Shown piece after piece: positions 1-8,277 of a stretch of 32,053 nucleotides of DNA; within the stretch, counting starts at the first letter, position 1; the number at the start of each line of letters is the position of its first letter. The DNA is from Methanobacteriota archaeon (lineage in GTDB: Archaea > Thermoplasmatota > Poseidoniia > Poseidoniales > Poseidoniaceae): NCBI GenBank assembly GCA_002726845.1, contig PBSP01000094.1, positions 1 to 32,053 on the forward strand, read 5' to 3'. The notes beneath the pieces are model-generated. The model saw nothing but the letters and a program-made list of their open reading frames with translations. It searched no databases and had not been told where the DNA came from. The position numbers and the translations under genes are program-made.

Positions 1-5
1 AACTC

Positions 6-78
6 GCCGATTTAGCTTAGCTGGTGGAGCGTGGGACTGTTAATCCCAAGGTCGTGGGTTCGAGCCCCACAATCGGCG
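6..78 (+). tRNA. tRNA-Asn (anticodon GTT)
   Basis: Cloverleaf read by eye: acceptor GCCGATT(6-12)/AATCGGC(71-77), discriminator G78, D arm GCTT/GAGC, anticodon stem TGGGA/TCCCA with loop CTGTTAA (GTT at 39-41), T arm GTGGG-TTCGAGC-CCCAC. No encoded CCA and no intron. Confidence 0.97.
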
Positions 79-145
79 TAAATTTTCACTCCATCCTAGG
101 AAGCACATCAACCCATTATTGCATTCTGAATTGGTTGACTGTTAA

Positions 146-1093
146 TCACTCCCACTCAATTGTGCCCGGTGGTTTGTGGGTTATGTCATAGACGACGCGG
201 TTGACTGCACCTTTGACCGTGTTGGTGATTCGCGTGCTGATCTTTTGTAGTATGCTGTGCGGAATTTCCGAATATCGAGCCGACATACCATCCATACTTC
301 GAACTGCTCTGACAACAACGGTCTCGCCGTATGCTCGCACATCACCGTGCACTCCCACGGAGCGAACTGGGAGCAATGCAGCGAAGTACTGCCAAGGTAA
401 TTCCATTTCACCAGCAGCCGCTCCTGCTTCGAATTCCTCCTCGACAATGGCACAAGCCTCGCGTACTACCTCCACACGTTCGGGGGTCAATTCTCCAAGC
501 GTTCGGACCGCTAAACCTGGACCGGGGAACGGTTGCCGCTCGGCCACGACGATATTGAGTTCGCGAGCGAGTTCTCGTACCTCATCTTTGTACAATTCAC
601 GGAGAGGTTCAACGACTTCGAGCGTCATGTCCTCTGGCAATCCACCAACGTTGTGATGCGATTTGATGGTATCGCGAACACCACCACCCGATTCAATCCA
701 GTCTGGAGCAATGGTCCCTTGAACAAGGTATTTTGCGCCGCACTTCTTTTGCTCATCCTCAAAAATTCGGATGAACAATTCTCCGATTACCTTGCGCTTG
801 TGCTCAGGTTCTGTCACACCTTTCAATGCCTCAAAGTATCGATCTGCGGCTTTGACAGTGATCAAATTGATGCCTTGCTCAGCGAGCATCGCCTCAATTT
901 CCTCCGTCTCATTCTTTCTCATGAAACCTGTATCAACGTAAACACAATGCAAGAGATTACCAACAGCCTTGTTGGCAATAACTGCAGCAACGGTTGAATC
1001 AACACCACCTGAACATGCAATGATTGCGACGTCATCAATGGTCGCTTTCATTTGCTGAATCGATTCTTCGATGAATTCAGGCGCATCAAACAT
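146..1093 (-). CDS. guaA: GMP synthase subunit B (ATP pyrophosphatase subunit of the split archaeal GMP synthase)
   Basis: SGGVDS PP-loop, DTGFMR, QGTIAPDWIES, IKSHHNVGGLP, PFPGPGLAVR and C-terminal KPPGTIEWE; no glutaminase domain. Start placed at ATG 1093 (MFDAPEFIEE resembles archaeal subunit B N-termini, 1 nt after the purE stop); ATG 1108 is an alternative. Confidence 0.93.
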   Translation of the reverse strand: MFDAPEFIEESIQQMKATIDDVAIIACSGGVDSTVAAVIANKAVGNLLHCVYVDTGFMRKNETEEIEAMLAEQGINLITVKAADRYFEALKGVTEPEHKRKVIGELFIRIFEDEQKKCGAKYLVQGTIAPDWIESGGGVRDTIKSHHNVGGLPEDMTLEVVEPLRELYKDEVRELARELNIVVAERQPFPGPGLAVRTLGELTPERVEVVREACAIVEEEFEAGAAAGEMELPWQYFAALLPVRSVGVHGDVRAYGETVVVRAVRSMDGMSARYSEIPHSILQKISTRITNTVKGAVNRVVYDITHKPPGTIEWE

Positions 1094-1094
1094 C

Positions 1095-1574
1095 TCAAGC
1101 CCTGCCATTGACTTCTCGATCCATTTGGAGTACGCGCTCCACTTGGTCGAGTTTGTCTTGAACGAGACGTTGAGCCATATCTTCGTTGACAAGTGCAAGC
1201 ATTTGCACTGCAAGATGGCCAGCATTATCCCCACGGTCAACGCCTACGGTTGCAGCAGGAACCCCAGGTGGTAATTGAACGATTGAGAGAAGTGAATCAT
1301 AGGGTACTTTACCGCCGCAAGGAACACCAATCACTGGCTTCGTGGTAAGCGCTGCAACAGCACCGGGTAGTGCTGCGGCAAGGCCTGCCATTGCAATGAA
1401 GACCTTGCATCCGTCTTCTTCAGCCTTGTGAATAATGTCTTCAACATATTTTGGAGAGCGATGCGCTGAAGCAACACGCAATTGATAATTTACGCCAAAT
1501 TTGTCAAGCACCTTCGTGCATTTTTCTGCGACTGGCATGTCCGACTTCGATCCTAGCAAGATTGATACATCCAT
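1095..1574 (-). CDS. purE: N5-carboxyaminoimidazole ribonucleotide mutase
   Basis: GSKSD, SAHRSP, AGLAAALPG, PVIGVP, DSLLSIVQLPPGVPAATV motifs; 159 aa. Confidence 0.96.
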   Translation of the reverse strand: MDVSILLGSKSDMPVAEKCTKVLDKFGVNYQLRVASAHRSPKYVEDIIHKAEEDGCKVFIAMAGLAAALPGAVAALTTKPVIGVPCGGKVPYDSLLSIVQLPPGVPAATVGVDRGDNAGHLAVQMLALVNEDMAQRLVQDKLDQVERVLQMDREVNGRA

Positions 1575-1613
1575 GACTCACACGCAACGCGGGTAGTTCT
1601 TTTAGATGACCCT

Positions 1614-2228
1614 TCACTCTTCTTCAAACAAAAATCCAGCAAGATTGAAGAGAGTACCGGAAAAAACGTCGAGATGCAGCCAACATCCATCCTCATCGTA
1701 TTCGCAGTACATGACCGCAAGCTGTTGCTTTGTCCTAGAAACAGCCATGATTCCATTGTTGGGTTTTGCATTCACTATCTTCCAATGAGTGTATCGACTC
1801 GGACTCAATTTTAGATATTCAGAAGAATCCCATTGGCGACGGAATTGCACTCCGTAGCCTGCTGAGGTTTTGTTGGCAAGATGAAATGTGGAGAAAAAGA
1901 AACACGCACATAGGAAGATTCCAATCCATGAGGAAATCGATTCCATAAAGGCAGTCACTAGGACTAAGAAGAACAAGACAACACCAAGATGGACGCTTCG
2001 ATGAAGAATCAAGACTCGACGTTGGAAGAAGGTTGAAAGTAATGCTGTACCAATTAGAAGTGCTGTTATTAGAAGAAGCCATGGCACAAATTTTGTGTGT
2101 TTTCCTGAGAGTAACATCAATGCAGGAAAGGCCATGGTTAACAAGGAACCAGCGAGTGTAAAGAGCGGGGTGTTCATCACCGCTTTTTCTTCGGAGGGGT
2201 ACCATCCTTCTATGAGCAACCCTACCAT
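1614..2228 (-). CDS. hypothetical membrane protein (about 4 TM segments plus a soluble C-terminal part)
   Basis: 204-aa ATG-started ORF with several hydrophobic stretches that fills the gap between neighbours; no family recognised. Confidence 0.7.
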   Translation of the reverse strand: MVGLLIEGWYPSEEKAVMNTPLFTLAGSLLTMAFPALMLLSGKHTKFVPWLLLITALLIGTALLSTFFQRRVLILHRSVHLGVVLFFLVLVTAFMESISSWIGIFLCACFFFSTFHLANKTSAGYGVQFRRQWDSSEYLKLSPSRYTHWKIVNAKPNNGIMAVSRTKQQLAVMYCEYDEDGCWLHLDVFSGTLFNLAGFLFEEE

Positions 2229-2309
2229 GAACCTACGAGTGGTTCCGAGTTCTTGTTTCTGTTGGATATCGGCGATGAAATTATATCAAGAAGGTTTTTT
2301 GCTGCAAAA

Positions 2310-2684
2310 GTGGAACAGGTCTACAAGTGCGATTCGGAGTCCTTCTTGGCTCGTTTGGACGAGCACAGAGGATTGCAACTCATTCATCGAGGACAAGAGG
2401 TTCAAGTGTATCGCGGACTTTTTCAGTTTGTTATTTTGAGTTACAGCGAGGTTGGCGATGAATTGCTCGTTCGATTTCGCCCAAGCATAACCATGTTTGG
2501 TTTATTGGTTCTATCATCGATGCTCGTAGCAGGTGCTTTTTATGTCTCATGGTGGATGTTGATTGTTGAACTGTTGTTGATCAGCTTGGCATTTGTTGTT
2601 TATTCGTCACAACTCACTTGGGAGTTGCTGCAGTTTACACAAGAGTCCATCACGCTTCGTACTCAGTCCTCATCGAACGGATGA
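2310..2684 (+). CDS. hypothetical membrane protein (2 C-terminal TM segments)
   Basis: ORF 2253..2684. Start moved to GTG 2310 because TTATAT (2281-2286) lies 24-29 nt upstream, the spacing seen for other first genes here; hydrophobic hairpin ITMFGLLV...AFVVY. Confidence 0.55.
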   Translation: MEQVYKCDSESFLARLDEHRGLQLIHRGQEVQVYRGLFQFVILSYSEVGDELLVRFRPSITMFGLLVLSSMLVAGAFYVSWWMLIVELLLISLAFVVYSSQLTWELLQFTQESITLRTQSSSNG

Positions 2685-4162
2685 CGCAGACAGAGGTTGC
2701 GTGCGGCATAGACCTCGTCAACTCGACGGACAGGCGTTGTTGTGGGTGCATTGTGCAGTGTTTCTGCATCGAGTTGAAGCACTTTGCAGAAATCTTTGGC
2801 AAACGTATCAAGCGTTTCTTTGGATTCTGTCTCCGTTGGCTCTATCATCATGCATTCAGGGACGACGAGCGGAAAGTACACTGTTGGAGCCATGTAACCC
2901 ATGTCAAGAAGTCCTTTGGCGACGTCCATGGCTGATATACCAAGCTTTTCTTTTGCAGGTCCAAGCGAGAGCGTGAATTCATGCTTGGCTACAACCGTAT
3001 CAGCACCGTCAACAAAGAGATGGTCGACTCCCGCTGCTTTGGCCTCTCGATGGATCGCATGCCGCAGGTAGTTGGCATTGAGTACAGCGTGTTCCGACAT
3101 GGTTCGGAGTTCTTTTCCATAGCGTCGATAATACGCCCAACATCGCAGAACTGCACCTGCATTTCCATGCCACTGCTGGACCTTGCCTATGCTGTTTTCA
3201 GGCGCGTGCCAGTGGTACCAAAACGCATCAACAGCTTGTTCTTTTTCTGCTGCTGTCGCCTCACGGCGAGCAACAATCGGCGAGGGAAGGAAGGAAGCAA
3301 GATGCTCTTTCACGCCGATTGGTCCTGAACCAGGCCCCCCTCCGCCATGCGGTTGACTGAACGTTTTGTGGAGGTTGTAATGAACTGCATCAAATCCCAT
3401 CAATCCAGGGCTGGTTCTTCCAAGAATTGCATTGAAATTTGCTCCGTCGTAGTACATGAGGCCTCCAACTTCATGAACGATTTTCGAAGCTTCTGCGATG
3501 TCTTGTTCGAACAACCCAAGTGTGTTTGGATTGGTGATCATCATTGCTGCTGTGTCGTCGCCAACAACAGCACGCAGAGCGGACAAATCGATTCTACCGT
3601 CTTCTTGGCTTGGAATTTCAATGATTTCAAATCCCGACATGGCAGCGCTGGCGGGATTGGTCCCGTGTGCAGAATCTGGTACGATGACCTTTGTTCTGTT
3701 GCTCTCGCCACGGTGGCGGAAATATTCTTGAAAACAGCGCACTGCAGTGAATTCTCCTTGAGCACCAGCAACAGGTTGAAGCGTCACCGCGTCCATTCCG
3801 GCGCAAATTGCAAGCATTTCCTGCATTTCATAGTAAATTGAGAGCAACCCTTGCAGTTGATGTTCAGACTGATGCGGATGTATGTCTGCGATTCCAGGCA
3901 ACTGGGCAACGACTTCGTTAACTCGAGGATTGTGTTTCATTGTGCAGGAACCGAGTGGGTAAAATCCTGTATCGATTCCGAAGTTTCGCTTTGAGAGCCA
4001 CGTGTAGTGCCGAACCATTTCGGGTTCTGATAAACGAGGCCATCGAGGTAATTGATTCCGAACCATGTTCGCTGGTAGATTCAGCTCAGATACAGGTAGG
4101 ATTGGTGACGGTTGAGCATATCCTTTGCCCTCAGCGCCATAATGATCGAACAAACGGCTCAT
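2663..4162 (-). CDS. gcvPB: glycine cleavage system P protein subunit 2 (glycine dehydrogenase, decarboxylating)
   Basis: YPLGSCTMKHNP, QPVAGAQGE, DSAHGTNPASA, YYDGAN, PLP lysine motif NLHKTFSQPHGGGGPG, MIEPTETESKE. ATG 4162 overlaps the gcvPA stop (ATGA) and has a GGAGGTGA SD at 4167-4174. Confidence 0.96.
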   Translation of the reverse strand: MSRLFDHYGAEGKGYAQPSPILPVSELNLPANMVRNQLPRWPRLSEPEMVRHYTWLSKRNFGIDTGFYPLGSCTMKHNPRVNEVVAQLPGIADIHPHQSEHQLQGLLSIYYEMQEMLAICAGMDAVTLQPVAGAQGEFTAVRCFQEYFRHRGESNRTKVIVPDSAHGTNPASAAMSGFEIIEIPSQEDGRIDLSALRAVVGDDTAAMMITNPNTLGLFEQDIAEASKIVHEVGGLMYYDGANFNAILGRTSPGLMGFDAVHYNLHKTFSQPHGGGGPGSGPIGVKEHLASFLPSPIVARREATAAEKEQAVDAFWYHWHAPENSIGKVQQWHGNAGAVLRCWAYYRRYGKELRTMSEHAVLNANYLRHAIHREAKAAGVDHLFVDGADTVVAKHEFTLSLGPAKEKLGISAMDVAKGLLDMGYMAPTVYFPLVVPECMMIEPTETESKETLDTFAKDFCKVLQLDAETLHNAPTTTPVRRVDEVYAARNLCLRHPFDED

Positions 4163-5529
4163 GCGGTCACCTCCGCCGTCCACGTTGTAAGCGATTGTAC
4201 AAGTCTGTCAATGTCGTCTTTGCTCGTTTGGTCGGTAACGGTCAGGAGCATTTGATTGCTTTTCTCTGGGTACCAATCGGAGACGTTGAATCCACCGACG
4301 ATGCCGTCCTTTTCAAGGAAAGCCAGACAAGATGTGGTCTGCTCAGGAAGTTCAACCACAAACTCGTTGAAATGCGCTTGCTGGTGGTGGGGTTGATTGA
4401 TGGATTCAATCGAGGAAAGTTCACGCTTGAGGTGGGTGCATGCTGCCATGTTACGAATCGCAAGATGTTTCAACCCTTCAGGGCCAAGGAGAGACATGTG
4501 CATCGCACCCATGAGCGCAATCAACGTTTCATTGGTGCAGATGTTCGACGTTGCTCGATGACGTCGTATGTGCTGTTCACGGGTCGATAGCGTGAGGCAA
4601 TATGCTTCTTTCCCATCAACATCGATGCTGCGTCCGACAATTCGGCCAGGCATCAAACGAAGGTAGGGTTTGGTGCAGCCAAAGATTCCGTAGAGTGGAC
4701 CTCCTCCCGTGATTGGGCTTCCCAAGGGTTGACCTTCCCCAATCACAATGTCGGCTCCATAATGACCGGGGGCTTCGAGCAGTCCGAGTGAAACCGGTTG
4801 GACTCCGACAATCAACGCAGTGTGTTCGCCAATGATTTCTTTGATTGAGGGGTACCCCTCGTCTATGATACCCAATGGGTTTGGTTGCTCCACATACACA
4901 GCACATGATCCTCGAGCTTCGTGAACGCTTTCTAGATTGATGCAGCCGTTATTGTCGTGTTTTAGTTTTTTAATTTCGATACCAGCGCCTTGACAATAAT
5001 TGTGAATGACGGAGACTCTGTCGGGTGGTGTCAGTTCAGAGATGTATACTGTGTCTTTCTGCTCTGCTTTTCGGTTATGAACTCGTACTGCGCACGTTAT
5101 TGCCTCTGCAGCAGCAGTCGATCCATCATACAAGGAGAGGTTGGTAATGGGCATACCAATGAGTTCGGAGACAAGGGATTGAAACTCCCACATCGCTTGC
5201 AGCATACCTTGCGAAACCTCCGGTTGATAGGGTGTGTACGAGGTCAGAAATTCGCCGCGCGTGACGAGTTGAAAAACGCTGGATGGAATGAAATTGCGAT
5301 ACAGTCCTGCTCCAAGGAACGAGGGCTGATCGCCTAAGGCAACATTCGCCCCGAGAAGACGTCGTGCATCAGCTAGGAGTTCTTCTTCGCTTTGAGCATC
5401 AGGCAAAGGTAAATCTCCAATCATTCGAACGGGTTCTGGAACATCTGCGAACAAGGAATCCATGGATTCAATACCCATTTCTTTCAGCATTTCTTCTTCT
5501 CTTCCGAGGTTTGGCAATTGGTCAACCAT
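4159..5529 (-). CDS. gcvPA: glycine cleavage system P protein subunit 1
   Basis: FLGAGLY, EFLTSYTPYQPEVSQGMLQ, SLYDGSTAAAEA, GEGQPLG, REQHIRRHRATSNICTN; start at ATG 5529. Confidence 0.96.
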   Translation of the reverse strand: MVDQLPNLGREEEMLKEMGIESMDSLFADVPEPVRMIGDLPLPDAQSEEELLADARRLLGANVALGDQPSFLGAGLYRNFIPSSVFQLVTRGEFLTSYTPYQPEVSQGMLQAMWEFQSLVSELIGMPITNLSLYDGSTAAAEAITCAVRVHNRKAEQKDTVYISELTPPDRVSVIHNYCQGAGIEIKKLKHDNNGCINLESVHEARGSCAVYVEQPNPLGIIDEGYPSIKEIIGEHTALIVGVQPVSLGLLEAPGHYGADIVIGEGQPLGSPITGGGPLYGIFGCTKPYLRLMPGRIVGRSIDVDGKEAYCLTLSTREQHIRRHRATSNICTNETLIALMGAMHMSLLGPEGLKHLAIRNMAACTHLKRELSSIESINQPHHQQAHFNEFVVELPEQTTSCLAFLEKDGIVGGFNVSDWYPEKSNQMLLTVTDQTSKDDIDRLVQSLTTWTAEVTA

Positions 5530-5612
5530 GGGGCTCGTCTCCTTGGACAAGTTCAACCAGTCGCGTAGCGCTCATAATGTTCGTCATTGAACCATTAAGA
5601 AACGAGGGCCGT

Positions 5613-6728
5613 CTATACAAAAGGAGGGCGAATTATAACAGCTCGTACAGATGATCGCGGACTCGCAGCAATGAGTACTTCATCGCCTTCTTGAACACCA
5701 GAAATGTACCCGATTCCAACACCTGTATTTCCAAGCGATGGAGAAGGAGCTCCAGACGTTAATCGGCCGATATTGGTCCCATCGAGGGCAAGAACGTCCT
5801 TCCCGGGACGAGGTAATGGCCCTCGTTCCAGATACTTAACGCCCCACCACCGCTGGTCGGAATTGGAGTGGGATACAACCCGTTCTCGTCCGATGAAATC
5901 GTGTTCTGTATCCAGTCCAAACGGTACGTTGGTTTCCCACGAATCACGTGCAAGGAAAGTGTCATGCTCGCCATCGAGTTTAGGCCATTGGAAATCAACA
6001 CCGGACAACAGATACCCCTTCTCGAGTCGAAGTGTATCTCGGGCACCCAATCCAACAGGAGTTGCCCCCGCGTCAATCAAAGCTCGCCAAACTGTCGCAA
6101 CTTGCTCGTTTGGAACAAATATCTCATATCCCGATTCCCCAGTGTAGCCAGTTCCCTGAATCCAACCGGTAACACCGAGTTGGTTTTCGGTCAAAGCCGA
6201 CCAATTGAACCGGGCGACGTGTTGTCCTTCCCCAAAGGCTGCGTCGAGATATTCCTTACTCAGAGGTCCTTGAAGGGCCAGAATTGAGGTAGCCTCTGAG
6301 AGATTTTCAATGCGAACATCTGCGGAAGCCGGGTCGCAAGCGTGGAACCAATCCCACATCACGCTAATCATCGAAGCGTTGGGTACACCGAGTATTTCCG
6401 TTTCAGAAACAACTGCGAAAATCATATCATCGATGATATAACCATCGTGATCCAAAAAGTGGGTGTAACCGCAACGACCGACAGGTATGGAAGTCACCTT
6501 TTGAGTTGCAACACTTTCCAGCCACTGAAGCACGTTTTCTCCAGTGAACCGAAACGTTCCCATGTGGGAAACATCAAACAAGCCCGAGTCGTTTCTCGTT
6601 GCCAAATGTTCTGCTTTGATGTTTGAGTACCAAATGGGTAACATAAACCCATGAAAATCAACGATGTTACCACCGAGACTGACGTGTTCATCGTAGAGTG
6701 CTGTTCGAACCGGTTCACCATCGCTCAT
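5613..6728 (-). CDS. gcvT: glycine cleavage system aminomethyltransferase T
   Basis: RTALYDEH, EHLATR, GLFDVSHMG, LALQGP, TGYTGESGYEI, GLGARDTLRLEKG; start at ATG 6728; adjacent to gcvPA/PB. Confidence 0.94.
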   Translation of the reverse strand: MSDGEPVRTALYDEHVSLGGNIVDFHGFMLPIWYSNIKAEHLATRNDSGLFDVSHMGTFRFTGENVLQWLESVATQKVTSIPVGRCGYTHFLDHDGYIIDDMIFAVVSETEILGVPNASMISVMWDWFHACDPASADVRIENLSEATSILALQGPLSKEYLDAAFGEGQHVARFNWSALTENQLGVTGWIQGTGYTGESGYEIFVPNEQVATVWRALIDAGATPVGLGARDTLRLEKGYLLSGVDFQWPKLDGEHDTFLARDSWETNVPFGLDTEHDFIGRERVVSHSNSDQRWWGVKYLERGPLPRPGKDVLALDGTNIGRLTSGAPSPSLGNTGVGIGYISGVQEGDEVLIAASPRSSVRAVIIRPPFV

Positions 6729-6744
6729 TGCTTTCCCATCCCTG

Positions 6745-8160
6745 TTACTGTTGAGGCAAACCTCGTTCAATATCCTTTCCTAAGGAAACCACGCAATCAA
6801 GGAACGCATCCAACGATTGTTCAGTGATGCTGCGGTTGGCGATAACTGAACGAAGGATGATTTTTCCTCCAACCGTACTTCGGCTTACCATGAATCTCCC
6901 GTCTCGAATGATTCGTTCGCGCAACTCTGCGTTGATTTGATTGAGGTCTTGTGCCTGACCTACACCAACATATCGAAAACATACGTTGGTCCACATCCGT
7001 TCACTTACCATTTCCAAATACTCGTTCGCTTCGATTTGATGCTGTAAATAATCAGCGAGACCCATGAACGTATCCAACATCGATGCCCAACCTGCGTCAC
7101 CGATTTCTCTCCATGTGAGCCAGAGCTTGAGCGCATCGTTTCGCCGACCGCATTGAAGCGAATATCTGCCCAAATCAACTCTTTCTGCTGATTCATGATA
7201 GAGGTAGTGGGCATCATCTCCGGTCGAACACACGGTACGAAGTATCTCTGCATCTTTCACGATGAAAGCGGAGCATATCAAGGGAATACCCATCATTTTA
7301 TGCGCATCCCAACAGAAACTATCTGCGAGTTCGATACCGTCCATCAACGAGCGATAGGTGGGTGAAAAGAGGGCTGAACCGCCCCATGCTGCATCCACGT
7401 GCATCCAAAGGTGATGTTTGTGTGCAACCGTTGCCAGTTCACGCAGAGGATCAAAACTTCCCCGCACTGTTGTTCCACTTGTTGCCAAAACCGCGAACGG
7501 TGTTTGACCGTTACGGATCGCACGCTCAATCTCTTCCTCCAGGGAATCTGGGCGCATTTGTCCTTCTTGATTGCAGCGCACTTTGATGAGGTTTGAAGAC
7601 CCTATTCCGATTACATTAGACGCTATGCCAAACGAATAATGACATTCTTCTGAAACAAATGCCACCACGTTCTCGCCGTTAAACCCCGTGTGGTTGGATA
7701 AAGGGAACTTGGCTTGGCGAGCACAAAGAAGACCAAGCAGATTCCCGTTCGATCCACCCGTAGTAAGGGTTCCTTGAGCCGTGCCGAAATCAGCCAATTC
7801 CGCCATCCGTTTGAGAATCGAGGATTCAACCAAAGTTGCAATTGGTGCGATTTCATAGGTGTACATCGCCGTATTCGTTGCCGCTGTGACCAACTCACCT
7901 GCAATGGCAGCGACCGACAGACCACCCCATAGTGGATTCATGAATCCTGGAGCCGTTGTTCGAACCGAATTCCTCAGGAAAAGTTCGATGTCATCGAGAG
8001 CTGCATTGATTCCTCTGCCTTCAATCGGCAGTTTGAGATCGACCGTGCGACTTAATGAATCGTGTGAGATGTTTGGTCGAATCATGGAGTTGTCTTGACT
8101 CTCTGAAAGAAAGGTCTTGACGCGAGCAAGGACCTCATCCAAGAACGCCTCTGCTTCCAT
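6745..8160 (-). CDS. group II PLP-dependent amino acid decarboxylase (GAD/CSAD/ADC-like)
   Basis: NTAMYTYEIAP, GGSNGN, HYS, GTTVRGSFDP, WMHVDAAWGG, PLP lysine in DAHKMMG, SLQCGRRNDALKLW: motifs of the animal-type glutamate/cysteine-sulfinate decarboxylase family. Confidence 0.9.
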   Translation of the reverse strand: MEAEAFLDEVLARVKTFLSESQDNSMIRPNISHDSLSRTVDLKLPIEGRGINAALDDIELFLRNSVRTTAPGFMNPLWGGLSVAAIAGELVTAATNTAMYTYEIAPIATLVESSILKRMAELADFGTAQGTLTTGGSNGNLLGLLCARQAKFPLSNHTGFNGENVVAFVSEECHYSFGIASNVIGIGSSNLIKVRCNQEGQMRPDSLEEEIERAIRNGQTPFAVLATSGTTVRGSFDPLRELATVAHKHHLWMHVDAAWGGSALFSPTYRSLMDGIELADSFCWDAHKMMGIPLICSAFIVKDAEILRTVCSTGDDAHYLYHESAERVDLGRYSLQCGRRNDALKLWLTWREIGDAGWASMLDTFMGLADYLQHQIEANEYLEMVSERMWTNVCFRYVGVGQAQDLNQINAELRERIIRDGRFMVSRSTVGGKIILRSVIANRSITEQSLDAFLDCVVSLGKDIERGLPQQ

Positions 8161-8248
8161 GTTGCGAGTCTAACCAAAGCGGTCTTTGAAGATGGTCCTT
8201 GCCCCGCTCAATAAATTTCTATGCGTTTTGCATTTTTTATTACATACA

Positions 8249-8256
8249 TTGAATAA
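8249..8256 (+). promoter_or_regulatory. putative TATA-like element of the thiR-thiBPQ operon
   Basis: TTGAATAA 22-29 nt upstream of ATG 8278 inside an AT-rich divergent spacer; same spacing as other first genes. Confidence 0.45.
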
Positions 8257-8277
8257 CTCTCCGCAATTAGTCCAAAC

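Noticed and set aside
1094-1240. N-terminal extension of the guaA ORF in the ORF track (start 1240)
   Set aside because: It overlaps purE in another frame and has no GMP synthase similarity; the family-like N-terminus starts at 1093.
3940-4590. 216-aa plus-strand ORF
   Set aside because: Antisense shadow of gcvPA/gcvPB with no motifs.
5530-5612. Canonical glycine riboswitch before gcvPA
   Set aside because: The conserved GGAGA...CCGAAG...CUCUCAGG elements are absent; only an unrelated fold is reported.
8161-8277. TPP riboswitch upstream of the thiamine operon
   Set aside because: No GCUGAGA or CUGAU...GCGUAGGGA signature; the spacer is short and AT-rich.
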